Shown: in pieces, positions 25,321 through 38,149 of the stretch | How positions within the stretch are numbered: position 1 is the stretch's first letter | Layout: every line of letters starts with the position of its first letter | Position numbers and translations under genes: made by a program | Source: Octopus sinensis | Taxonomy: Eukaryota | Direction of reading: 5' to 3' | NCBI RefSeq assembly: GCF_006345805.1 | Contig: NC_043008.1 | Location: 18,352,001 to 18,416,000, forward strand | Length of the DNA: 64,000 nucleotides | Notes under the pieces: generated by a model | What the model was told of the DNA's origin: nothing | Databases searched by the model: none | What the model saw: the letters and a program-made list of their open reading frames with translations, nothing else

Positions 25321-25381
25321 TAGTAGTAGTAGTAGTAGTAGTAGCAGTAGTAGTAGTAGTAGTAGTAGTAGCAGTAGTAGC
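25245..25381. repeat. (AGT)n microsatellite
   Basis: Direct reading. Confidence 0.95.
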
Positions 25382-25515
25382 TAAAGAGAATAGAAAGTCC
25401 CAGATAATTGACTTTACAATAATATAATTTTACAATTTATATGAGAGGTATAGAAAAAATAGCAAAGTACCAGGATTTAGCGATTGAATTACAGAGAGTA
25501 TGGAATAATTCATCT
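25382..25515 (+). mobile_element. R4/Dong-like restriction-like endonuclease fragment
   Basis: KENRKSQIIDF....EKIAKYQDLAIELQRVWN (cf. E.EK..KY.DL..EL...W). Confidence 0.7.
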
Positions 25516-26715
25516 CAAGAAACATGTTTCTCTAGAAACATATGTTTCATTCAAAATCCTTAAACTACCTTTATTCAAGGACCATTTGAGTGGGATGGGT
25601 TACTCGACCTCAAGAAAATTCTAACTAGGCCCCAACTGCAAGTTCATGCGTTGTTTATCTTCATATAAGATCACCATTTTGCTCACATATGTTTGTGATG
25701 CATGTACCTGGTGTACCCTTATGAGACGGGTAGTCATGATAGGTATACCGGGCTTCGTATATTTTTACCCCGGTGTCACTTTGATAATATGCTCTGCTTT
25801 CTCACCCAATAAGAAGAAGATGAAAATAAGAAGAAGAAAAAGAAGAAAATCAACAATATCTAACACAATAGATTTAGACTAACACAAAATGACATAACAT
25901 ACATACATAGATGCACACACACACACATATATATATATACAGACAGACAAACTGAGGCAAGGAGAGAGAGAGAAAGAGAGAGAGAGAGAGACTAACCTGA
26001 AATACAATAAAAATTATATGAATGTCATTTCTGTGTGAAATAAATTTTTATTACTAAACGTGTTCATATCTTGATATTTTTTCTCGAGTATATTTATTAC
26101 TTTTTTATAAAATTTCTTCCGCGGAATACGCTGTCAATATTTATTTATTATATGTTTTATGTGGATTTTTGTGCGTGGTTAACATTTTCCTTTTAAATTT
26201 GTAGAAAAGCTCAACTCACATACATTTTCTTTATGCCTTTGTGGTTGTTATTATTGTTTAGTATGTATTATTTCCCCCTCATTTTGACAATGCATAATTG
26301 ATATGTCCTTAAAAATGTGCTTACATAAAGAAATCTCTGACAGATGCATAGGTTGACATTTACATAATTCTTACTGAGGTTGACATTATAAACGTAAGGA
26401 ATATTTGCATAGGTGACATCCTACTTTCTTTTGTCGCTGCTGGTGATGAGGTTTTCCTTGTTGCTTTTTTTGTGAATCCTTTGTGGTGTTGTACTGATAT
26501 TATATTTATATCGAGCGTTACAATAAATATATCTTTCTACAATGCATTATAAAAAATGCTAGTTCTAAAATCTAAGAGATCAACGCAATAGTTGTACTGA
26601 CAAGTAATATTCGTAGCCACTTGAATATGTTATTAAACATGATAATACACTTTAAATTTTACATTTACAGAAGTATAACAAGCAGATTGAAAGCAAGCTA
26701 ATGTGCAGAATATGC

Positions 26716-26781
<66 letters not shown>

Positions 26782-27549
26782 ATAATATATATATATATAT
26801 ACATACATACAGAGAGAGAAAGATAGATAGATAGGTATTCAACAAGCAACAATGTTAACCCGTTCTTACTACTCAGTCGCTTATTTGATTATAATCGACA
26901 TATAGAAATTATTCTCATTGTCCAGCATCTATTAAATATGGTAATTTACATAATTATTTCGATACACTTGCAAACATTTCGAGTCTTCCCTTTGGTAATT
27001 ATAATCGACAATTAGTAATTATTACAATTCGTTTCTATATACAAGTATTGACATTTACAATGACTTTGCTAAACGTGCAAACAACAAGCTCATCTCGTTA
27101 TCACAAGTCATTTGCTTACGGGACAAAAACGATTTACACAGCATATTAACATTCTTTTAAGAAGTGCGCAGACAACAATTCTAATATGTTATTATAGTTC
27201 AGCTGTTTAGGTTAATGTATGTTCCGATATAAATAGTTTCAATGTTAACTGGAATTCCTTATATCATTTTTTTTCTAATCCTATCAGAGAAATATTAATT
27301 TGTAGTTACTCGTAAGTATAACCTGTGATATAGTTGTTGAATAATTTGTCCCTACATTACATTATTCCTAGAGTTTCCAGTCATAAGTTACATACTCTCG
27401 ACCGTGCAACATACGGTTTTCCGTCCCGCAATACCGACCATGTGGTTACGTAATCTCTCCTTTCCTTTTGAGGTTCCACACAAAAATATATTTAAAATAT
27501 CTCAAATTACTAAGAAACCCATCATAAAATAGACTTCTGCTACCGTTTG

Positions 27550-29580
27550 AGAACGAATCTCCAATGTGATTAAAAATATGTAATCAGAAAATTCCTTAGG
27601 AAACACAAACACCACGAAAAGAAACTTTAAAAAATAATAGAAAGATTCTAAATTGCATCAGGTATATAAGTACCGGGTGATTAAGAATAAATTATCTAAA
27701 CTTAAAATTGAATCATATAAAAATAACTAATATTTAAAGAGCTCCAAGACAAATATAAGCATGCACAAAGAGAATCATCACTAAGCAAGATAAATAAAAA
27801 GGGCTGCAAACATTTAAGGAAATTGAAATAGAGAATAGAACAAAACTATATATACCTAGGAAACCTTATGGTCCTTAGGAGAAATTTTCACAATAACGTA
27901 ACTGTTAGGCCGATATTTCCAACGGAATCTGACATAGGTACAATAACTAAGACAATTATAAATAGAATAATACAAAATCTTAGATCTTTAATTAAACTTA
28001 CATAGTGGTCGGAGACAATAGATGATATTAGTTGGTTCAATAGCTTAAGAAATAAAAAAAAATGTAGTAAGATTATACAACGAGATATATCTAATTACTA
28101 CACGACTATCAACTTAATATTAGTTACAAAATCACTATTACATGCAAAGCGCAATTCGGACTTATCTAGAAATGAAATTGACAAAATACTAGCCGCACGA
28201 AGCACAATAATTTATTATGATATAAACTTATGGATACGATCGGATAGAAGTGATTACTTCAATATAACGAAGGATGGGACCGAGTGACTCGGTGCAAGTC
28301 ACCGATCTCGACAGTATATATATATATATCCTTTTGTGGTAGAGGTTTGCATTCCTAAACTAGGGAAGGTGTCTATATAAGCATGATGCCCTCCTCCTAA
28401 TAGAAAATTGCAGCAACGTGGAATTGGATATGGGAAGAAATAAGTATTCATTTTTTTTTCAAACGCAGGGCGATCTATAACTATTAAAAAGAACTATAGT
28501 ACTGAATTTCTAAGATATAACGCTTAACCTAAGTATAGAAATGTTCGAACTTTTCCACAAACGAAAAGAAAATTTAACGCATGTTAGTAAAGAGTCAAAT
28601 AATTCGCTTTGGGTACTGTAAAATGTACTGTAAGAAATGCGTGTCAGATAAAACCACAAGACTCCCTGCACACGCTGAGTGCAAATAACTAGCGCTGGGT
28701 ATAAAGACAACATTGAATATTCACTTAATAATAGACTAATGAATGAATATAAAAAATAGATATAGAGTTAAAAGGAAAAATTATGTGGATAAGCATACTG
28801 AGAAACTGGATAATGATATAAGAGATAAGATATAAAGTACGGGTTGGGGAAATCAATGGCAATCAATATAAAGGTAAATGTCGAATAAGAATGGATTAAA
28901 GTAACCATATGGACAGAGAGAAGAAGATAGCAGTTAAGAATAAGTTATCTGTTAAATCCGAATTGAAAATGCTATTGCAGAACTCTGTATAATTATATTA
29001 ACTCAAAAGTAATGATGACATATTATTGTTGAATTTGGTATTTGGATTACAGGTCGAATCCAAAATTGCTCGTGAATTTTTCTCTGCATTAGATTGACAA
29101 TTTCCTTTTACCGGCATTGTGTGAAATTGTCATATGCGACACCCCACTACCTAGAATAGTATATGCACAGATTAAATAATAAAAAAGTTGAGACTAGAGT
29201 GCGAAAGCAGAACTCAAAATAGTACAGGGTTGGTAGAAGATCACAGTGAAGGAAAACATAATATCTATTCTGAAGTTCCCAATATAAATGGAAACATTAG
29301 CATGGATGCGAGAAATGACTTAGAAAACAGGAGGGAAACAAATGCAGATGGAGTCATAAAGGAAGCAGTCACAAACAACCAAAATAGTAAAAACAATAGC
29401 AGCTACATCAATATGCTCGATGCGAAACGAAATAGGAATACGGATGAAACTAGAGCAAATTAGGTAACAGTAAATGAAATTAAAAAGTGCATCTTCAGAA
29501 AGAAAAAGCGCGCGTGTCTCCTGGAGAATTATTACTTTAGAAAGAACATTATATAAGAATGAAACGTGAAAATAACTGAA
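27550..29580 (+). mobile_element. Penelope-like element relic no. 2 (RT through start of GIY-YIG region), heavily decayed
   Basis: VRPIFPT.SDIG.ITK.II.RI...*W..T..ISWFNSL..K; DISNYY.TI; ILAARSTII; NFLDITLNL; ESNN; KLSYA; C..RKK..C.LE....NII near 29490-29560. Confidence 0.75.
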
Positions 29581-29734
29581 GCCTTGTATTTTCCATCCTC
29601 TTATTATTCATATCTGACTCCAATACAAAAGCGGGGTTTCCTACATTGGAAAATATTCTGCTGTAGAGTTACATGTGTTAGTCAATAACGGTATAGCAGC
29701 TCTTAAATGCACATTACAAGGTTATTACTCGAAT

Positions 29735-29838
29735 TATATTACACACACACACACACCAACCATATATATATATATCAACACACACACACACAATATATAT
29801 ATATCAACACACACACAGATATATATATATATATATAA

Positions 29839-29869
<31 letters not shown>

Positions 29870-29908
29870 AACACACATACATACACAGACATATATATAT
29901 ATATATAA

Positions 29909-29939
<31 letters not shown>

Positions 29940-30079
29940 AACACACACATATATATATATATATATTATATATATCAACCACACACACACACACATATAT
30001 ATATATATAAACACACATACATACACAGACATATATATATATATATAACACACACACACACACACATATATATATTATA

Positions 30080-30110
<31 letters not shown>

Positions 30111-30156
30111 ATATATCAACACACACACACACATATGTATATATATATATATATAA
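29735..30156. repeat. Alternating (CA)n/(TA)n compound microsatellite with about 140-bp higher-order period
   Basis: ACACACATACATACACAGACATATAT at about 29871 and 30011. Confidence 0.85.
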
Positions 30157-30991
30157 ACAAACGGGGGGGTGCACGTAACGCCACAATATATAAGAATGAA
30201 TGTTTTTATATATAATGAACGTGAAATACAGGAAGGGACGAACACGGAACACAGACAAATCATTCGAAGCCTTCAATCTTCAGTCAGACACCGAATCATC
30301 ATAGCAAATTTCGGCTGTTCAATTCTGATATTTGCTCCAACTCGGCCAGCCCCAAGAAAAAAAAACTAAGCTGTAAGCATTAGATTTCTTGGTAGAAGAC
30401 AGGAATGTGAACGCACAAGACGGATGTGAATACAAGAGACGAAAACGAAATTGAAAACAGTAATGAAAAAACAAAATGTATATAACGGTGGTTGTCATAC
30501 GACTTTAGACCAAATGAGACAAAACAACACAACATAGCAGCTGGCGTAGAAATAATTACCGTTTCGGTAGCGGGGACACATTTGGTCGAGATACGAAGGC
30601 CAACAGAATGGTTGAAGAAGCAGCAGGTCAGAGAGAGAGAAAGAGAGACAGAGAGAGAGGGATCAAAGAGGGTGGAAGGCAGGGGACAGAATCAGTGACC
30701 AAGAGAGAAGGAGAAAGAAGGGATTAAGGAGGATGGGAGGAAGAGGGGAGGAGGATGGGAGGAAGAGAGGGGAAGAATCGGAGGGCGCCAAAAAAGTTTG
30801 GTGAAGAAGCAATGGCGGGTAGTAAAAGACAGTGTGTATAGAAGTCGTGCAGGGTTTAAAATTGGACATACAAACGGGGGGGTGCACGTAACGCCGCAAT
30901 AATATAAGAATGAATGTTTTTATATATAATGAACGTGAAATACAGGAAGGGACGAACACGGAACACAGACAAATCATTCGAAGCCTTCAAT
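30157..30991. repeat. Pair of about 121-bp near-identical direct repeats enclosing about 590 bp
   Basis: ACAAACGGGGGGGTGCACGTAACGCC...CATTCGAAGCCTTCAAT at 30157-30277 and 30870-30991. Confidence 0.85.
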
Positions 30992-31585
30992 ATATATCAA
31001 ACTATGGTTGCAGAACAAACAAATATAAAGTCATCTACGTAACATTTCCTATCTCGAACATTTAGACACATAATGCATTTACTTTCACATAGAATATATA
31101 TGTATAAAATCACGGAAGATGAAACACAATTTATCAGCACAAGCATATAAGAAAAATAAAAGAAAAATGTGTGAATACAGTTCATCGCGGTTAAAAGTTA
31201 ACGATTAATACCTTAGCGACTAAAAAATATTTCTTTTAAACATTACAACACCTAGAATAATAAATACATAAAACTATAAAAAATATATAAATTTATAAAA
31301 AAGATATAAAAATATAAATATATAGAAGCATATAAATAAGTAATATATAATATATAAGGTAAGATAAAAGTTCATCGTTTAGAAACTTTTTTCGATTAAA
31401 AATTACTTTTCAAGATATTAATGGGTGTATTAAATTAAATTCAGCCACGATTGTTTCAATTCCCTGTAAGAGCTAAATTATTTACTGGAAAGAAAAAGCA
31501 TTATGTGATTATATGTTCGAGATATGAAATGTTACGTGGATGACTTTATATCTGTTTGTTCTGCAACCATAGTTTAATATATTTG
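30988..31585. mobile_element. MITE-like element with about 74-bp terminal inverted repeats and AT-rich interior
   Basis: 30988-31061 is the reverse complement of 31513-31585 (few mismatches); ends are flanked by TA runs. Confidence 0.75.
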
Positions 31586-31662
31586 TCTCATTTAATTGAG
31601 CACTGCTATAGCAGTCCTATTAAACATTTTGTTCCTGATAAGAAACAATCACTTTATAATTG

Positions 31663-31697
<35 letters not shown>

Positions 31698-31908
31698 ATA
31701 TTATATATATATATATATATATAAGTAGTTGAATGAATTATCCTAGTATGAATAATTCGGTTAACCGATACCCGGATAGCAAGTTCACGTCAGAAAATAC
31801 GGTTGAAGCTACATGTCAAGGGCAGAGATCACGTATTTTCGTGTGGAAATTTGTGTTTTTTTTACTATAAATAAATGAAAGAATGGAGTCGAACGACGAT
31901 TTAACAAA

Positions 31909-32008
31909 ATTCCTTTATTCTCGACATATGTTTCGAAGACTGCATATTCGTAATTCCGAAGGAATGAGGGGTTCATTATGCCGCCTTCTCATCAGGAAAG
32001 ACAAGGAA
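31909..32008 (-). ncRNA. Canonical type I hammerhead ribozyme
   Basis: Minus: UUCCUUGUCUUUC-CUGAUGA-GAAGGCGGCAUA...UAUGCAGUCUUC-GAAA-CAUAUG-UC/GAGAAUAAAGGAA. G10.1-C11.1 present, GUC triplet, cut between 31923 and 31922, palindromic stem III. Confidence 0.85.
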
Positions 32009-32077
32009 CTTATGTCAGCATCATGACGAACAAAAACTTTTAGATGACTGACCACACGGAGTTCATATATATATATA

Positions 32078-32295
32078 TACTTAGATAAACTTAGATATGT
32101 TTCGACCAAAGATTGGTCCAGGCCATGTCTAACTTAATAGCACCACCTGATAGGATTATTTGAATCCTGTTTAAGTCAAGTTTTGTTTATGGTCCATTCA
32201 AGTAGTGAGTTTTTGTTGGGTGAGTTGTATCCAATTATGGGTGGCTTATCTGGTATTCTTTGAGGGAATCTATCCAGACTCCGTTTAAAGTTGAT

Positions 32296-32300
<5 letters not shown>
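32078..32300 (-). mobile_element. 3' tail fragment of the CR1-like family seen at 374-1054
   Basis: CAGGTGGTGCTATTAAGTTAGACATGGCCTGGACCAATCTTTGGTCGAAACATATC aligns with 986-1040. Confidence 0.85.
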
Positions 32301-32331
<31 letters not shown>

Positions 32332-32568
32332 AAATAAGGGCAAAAGAAAAATTCTAATGTCAAATATGCCGAAAAAAATACATAATTGTCAATAACCATT
32401 ATAATGGTTATTGACAATTTTGTCTTTTTTCGGCATATTTGGCATTATAATTTTTCTTTTGCCTTTATATTGTAAATTATTAATAAGTTTAACCATTAAA
32501 GGTATTTTTTGATATGCCTGCCATTGATAAATTTTATTTTTCCCGAAAAAATTTTTATCCTACAGTAG

Positions 32569-32608
<40 letters not shown>

Positions 32609-32719
32609 TAATAATAATAACTAATATATATAAACCGATTTAAAGCAATATATATCTCAAGCTGAGAACCGTAAATTCCTTGTTTTAGCGTCCTATATCG
32701 TAATAATATCCTTATATAA

Positions 32720-32910
32720 ATCCTTAACTTTGCCAGTAGTCAATCAAGTTGATATGGTATATATTTTAGCAAATACTAGTTCATGAGGTAATGGGCTTCC
32801 TTCCAAATCTAATATCATAACTTCAAACCACTCTGTAACTTTCAACAATGGTTGCTGTTTTCGGCCCTCATTGTCGAAACCAGTATGGCATTTTCATATT
32901 CACAATGGGT
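32720..32910 (-). mobile_element. Possible RTE RT remnant
   Basis: YENA...; VTEWFEV...GSPLP.EL.F resembles the region around QG..LSP.LF; weak. Confidence 0.3.
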
Positions 32911-35363
32911 TTGAAAACTCAAATTCCTATACAGATAGATAGATATCGATAGATAGATAGAAGGACAAACATGTATATATATATGCATTATGTATATATT
33001 TATAAATATATTAATATGTGTGTGCGTGTGTTCGTGTCTATGTGCGTGTGTGTTTGTGTGTGTGTGTGTGTGTGCGTGTGTGTTTGTCAGCTCCACATGG
33101 CATAACGTTTCCTGTGTGAGTAGGACATGTACATCTTATCATATGTTAGAAACAGTATAAGAATTTTTTTGAAAGATTCAAGATGGCTCCTATATTGGTC
33201 AGCTCCGGTCCCGTGGTATTAAGTACCACGTGAAAGTAACACCCGTTATTCTCTTTATTTTAGACTTTCGTCTTCGAACATTGCTACGAGACTGGCGCCA
33301 CGTAAGCAGTTGTCAGCTTGAGAGTAAAACAGTGACATCATTTTCTTGCTTTGGGTACACTACATGGTAGCGCATGTCAGTAGCTCGGTCGTCGTTGCGT
33401 AGAGTATTACCACGTCAGCAGCAACTACACACACGCACGCACACACAATTTCTTTATTACCCACAAGGGGCTAACGTAGAGGGGGGGACAATACATCATG
33501 ATTTGGGGTCATGAGAAACGGTTGAAATTTACACAAAAAATGATCTTTAAGAATTTTACATAAAATCGTAAACAAAATCGAGGAAATCGAATGGTACGCA
33601 AATTTTTTACAGCACAACATAAAAATGACACATGAAGTGGGAACACCAGGATTGCCGACCCCACGAGCCCTGCTTTTCCCACTGAAACTCGGTAGCTAAC
33701 TCACGGCGTGCTCATGTGGCCACTCTCACTCGCAGCAATCGTGCCACACGCTTCCATCTTTTCTCGAACTCACACACAGACAGACACCTTTTCTCTATCT
33801 CCACCTTTCTTTTTACACGCACACACACACATCCAATTGTCCTCTAAAATACATCGAGTCGTATGGCTATATACAAATGCAAATGTGTAAAGTATTTGTG
33901 TAAAAGAAAACCTGACTTGTTGATTTACTGTGCTCAGTTCTAATACGAACGTTCAGATGAAATAACGCAAGGTGCCAATATTGGCCTTTGTCCGCCCACA
34001 ATGTATTGAAATGAAACCAGTGATATTTTCTAAGCTAGATTTTATCAGCCGTGGCTTTATATTAAATGTGATATTATACCTACTTTAGAATAAAATCAAT
34101 ATATTTTTTTGTGAAAATTTTATCGTTGATTTTTACTTACTCCTCCATTTGTCTGTAAAAATGTTTTCCGTTTCTTAATATTTATTTTATTTTTATTTTC
34201 GTTGATTCTAACAAATATTCTATCCATCGTTCTTGTTCATAATCACTTTAAATTCTTTCATCTATTTAAGAACTTCAATTCACAGGATAGAAGTATTAAT
34301 TTCAACCAATCATCTATTGTAAACAAAATTGTACATATGGTGTTTTAGCTGTATACTTACAGATATATCAAGTTTAATTAGTACGAAATTGTAGTTTTAA
34401 AAAAAAGGAAAGAAATAAATGTGTTAAAATCGATAAGAAAATTCCTATTTTGTAAACCAATCATACAAACATCAATTTGCTTTGCTTTGAAAGTGCCTTT
34501 TTTGTTTTGTTTTTGCATCTTCTAAAGTGTTTAACTAAAATCGCTGGTGATCGCTTTAAGAATTACAAACAACTATATTTAAAAGAAGAAAAAAAACACA
34601 TTTTCACGTTAGACAGTATTGTATACGAAATAGTTAATAGACAGCCAATATATTATTTAACAATTGAAACAATAGTGAAATTAGTTTCAATTTTGTTAGA
34701 ACAATCCAGTTGCATATAAATGAATCGAAGAATACATTTTCAAACTGAAGCATTGTTTGTGATAACGTTAGTAATAGTTAAAGTTTGAAGCATTTTTATA
34801 CATTTTAGAAGTTAATGGCGGTTTTATTGATTTCAATTGACAGCGAAAATATCCATTTCCATAGTCTATTACTGCTAATGTTTTCTTTGTTTCTAGAGAG
34901 ATAAAAGACATAATTGCCGCCTGGCGTAGATGACAAATTTAATTTATATTTTAATACGTACAAAATCAGGTTCTAGACAAGAGACAGTATATTTGTTGAA
35001 TTTACTCAAGAATATTACTTTTTTTTTTATTTATTGTATAAACCTTGGAGGCTTGATATTTAAGAACGGCTTAAACATCATGTGTGGAGGATGAGGCTAC
35101 ACAATAACTAGTGATCTCTCATTGTGACCTTATGTTCACAACGGTAATAGGTCTGACCCGTGAAGATAAGGCAGCTTCATTAGAACTGGAATGTTTGTTA
35201 AGTCGAAGAGATCATCTGAGTTCTTGTAAAGTTCAAATGTGATCAGCAATTCAGTACGGCTCACGGGTCTCAGATTTCACTGCAGTCAAACACAGAGATG
35301 TTGACAATAAACAGATCATCGACTTTCTTGGCAGAGACGCAGATAACAACATACATCATAACG

Positions 35364-35769
35364 GGGATCTTTTCGGTTTGAACGGCAGTTTTAACATAAT
35401 TTCTAGGTAACTAAAAAAATTTAAACTTCGTATACTGGTAGAATGTGTTTATAAAACATCTTTTTCTCTTGGCTTTATTGAGAAAAATCTATAGTTTGTA
35501 AGATATTTGTTGTTGTTTTTTCTTCAATTTCAGCAATTTCAACCAATCAGTGACGTCTATTGAGTTAAAAAGCATTCTGTGTCGTATGAATATGTCCCTC
35601 GTTTAAGAAACCGATTGGGTTTATTTACATTTGTGAAGAAAAAAAGATACCCTTTCCCCACCCCTAACCCTAACTCTAAAAGAGATTGAAATGCAATAGA
35701 TCGATTCTAGGGTCATAATTATAGGTGACATTTTCATATGACGCCGCTAGAAAAAACTGAAAAGATCCC
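35364..35769. mobile_element. MITE-like element with GGGATCTTTTC ends, internal CCCTAA repeats, candidate 6-bp TSD
   Basis: Left GGGATCTTTTCGGTTTGAACGGCAGTTTT; right AAAAACTGAAAAGATCCC (internally deleted TIR). ATAACG at 35358-35363 and 35770-35775. Confidence 0.72.
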
Positions 35770-38149
35770 ATAACGGCAATAAACAGCAATATAACCGGTA
35801 GAGACTGAACGCGCTGTATTTTCTAAATGTTGTATCGGATTATTCATGTTATGTATCTTTATTCATGAATCTCACTAAATAATTTGTGAAAGACCTATTG
35901 GACAGCACTACAACCTATCACAGCTCAGCATTTCTTTTCACTGATATCAACCCGCAGCAGAATTTCAAGGTGGACATCAATGTCTTTGATCTCACCATGT
36001 TTTTAGAAATTGTAAATATCATTGAGGCATTATTTCTCTCTGTGTATAAATTTTTAAAATAGTCCAAGTGATATGAGTATAGCAAATATTGATTGAAATA
36101 ACCTGCAGTTTAGAAACAGCTTTATTGAAACTGAAAAGTGAAGCAATTCTCCGAATATCCTGGCCACAAGAACTTATTATTAATTTGATATGTTATATCT
36201 TTGAGTTTCCTTTTCGTTCAATTCTTTTCAAACGATTATTGGTGGTATACATTATTATCTTAAATTTGCTTAACGCAGACTGATATCGTATATGTGAAAA
36301 CTTGATTCAATGTTATGTGCATAGTATAATACTGGTACATATAATACTTATATGCAGATAGGAAATTTAAAGTTTAGCCTAGCGTGCCTGACAGATTAAT
36401 TTCTGCGGTTGACTGACGAAGAATCAGCAAATGATTCTGTAGTTTATATTTTGTCACTGGCTGTGAGTCAGTTCTAGATCGAATGTTTGATTCATGATAC
36501 ATCGTAATATTGATTTCTAGTATCAGCACAATGCCATACGTTTTAGGAAATAGGAATAGTCGTCATTTAGCTAGACTCCAGTGTTTGGTTAGTACATATT
36601 TTATCGACTATCAAATAACGGCCATCTAATATCGACCATCAATAATGATATGAAAGTCAATATATATCCCGGCGGGATTTGAATATACAATTATTAAATC
36701 TTTTATCGTGTTTATAGTAGATTGCAGGCGATGTTACCTACCCCAGTTCTGCACTGGTATGTATTTTATAGTGGCCAAGAAGATAATGAATAACTTAGGT
36801 AGGAATTGATTGCAGTGTAATATGGACGAGTAATTTTAAAGTTTGCAAATAATGGGTTTGGTAATCACAGTAATATTGGTTCATCAGAAAAGTATAGAGA
36901 AAGCGATCCTACTTTTATTTCAAAACCTAACATTCTAATAGATTACGAGGCTGTATGAGAAGCAAAAAATCTAAGCAATCTTCGGTGGATCAGTTGTATG
37001 TAGCCTGGTTACTACCATATCGATTCAAACACTTAACAGTAATATACATTGTACAATATACGATATTCAAATTGCTCGTTCATGTATATTTTCATTACAA
37101 AACGAAACTGAGTTGTCGGAAAGGAAATAAAAGATGCCATTCCATTATATAAATCTTTCGAACTTTTAATGCATTATTCGAACGTGAAAACAGCAAAATG
37201 TATGTACAAATCTTTATAAAGTGGATTGAATTTGTTTTTTAACATGGCCAATTTTGTAAAATTTCTTTTGGTAGTTTTAGTTTTCTGAATATTCTAACAA
37301 TTTGGTTGGGTTTCCCTTTATAGTTTTGGTGTCCTTTGATTTTGAAAATGGCTGAATATATATGTATATATGGAGACAAACACTTATACTTTTTTTATAA
37401 GAATTCTCAAACGTTTATGTGTGTGTGTGTTTGTGTCCGTGTGTCTGTGTGTGTGTCTGTGTCTGTGCGTCTGTGTGATGTGTTTTGTGCGTAAAGGGAA
37501 AAAATCGTTTTCCATTTGCGGCAGACCCCAGCGATATTTACCTCTTATGCTGTCTCTAGCCGGGAATATTTGCATTAAAACGACGTTGAAATATACTTGA
37601 ACATAAGTGGTAAATATATTTGCAAAACCACTTGAGGACAAATATAGCCAATAGGCTTTATATATCTTTTATTTTTTTTTGTTTTCACTAACGCAATTCT
37701 TCTAATGTCTCTCAATTTATAAACGCTACAATTGAAAACCAATTTTAAGTTTCTCTTTTGTGTACCTTTATCGTTAATATTATCCCTGATATCGTTGGCC
37801 GTTCATTTCCCTTTACTACGTTTTTCTGCTAGTCTTTTATTTTGTCCTTTTATTTTCTTTCAATATATTTTTCCTCAATAAAAAGAAAAATATCTTCACT
37901 TACCAATACTCTTTTAACCTGGTCTCTCACAATAAGGAATTTTTTTTAAAAGTAAGCAGCATAGGGTATCTATTGTCGTTAGAAAGGTATTAGCGAACAT
38001 TAAGATGATATCATGTTGTTATTTAAAACATCAATATTTTATTTCATGATTTTCGCTTCTGTTTTGTTTTTGTGTTGTTTCTCATTTTTTGCTTCTGCAT
38101 CAGCGAGTGTCACATCCTTCAAGTTATTCTTTAAGTATACCTAACAATA

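Noticed and set aside
35040-35830. Hydrophobic minus frame DLFIVNISVFD resembling GPCR TM2
   Set aside because: No TM1 GN motif, in-frame stops follow, and no splice support.
38035-38110. CTGATG...GCGAAA..TCATGA near the 3' end of PLE relic 3
   Set aside because: Core is incomplete and the putative stem II arms are direct, not inverted.
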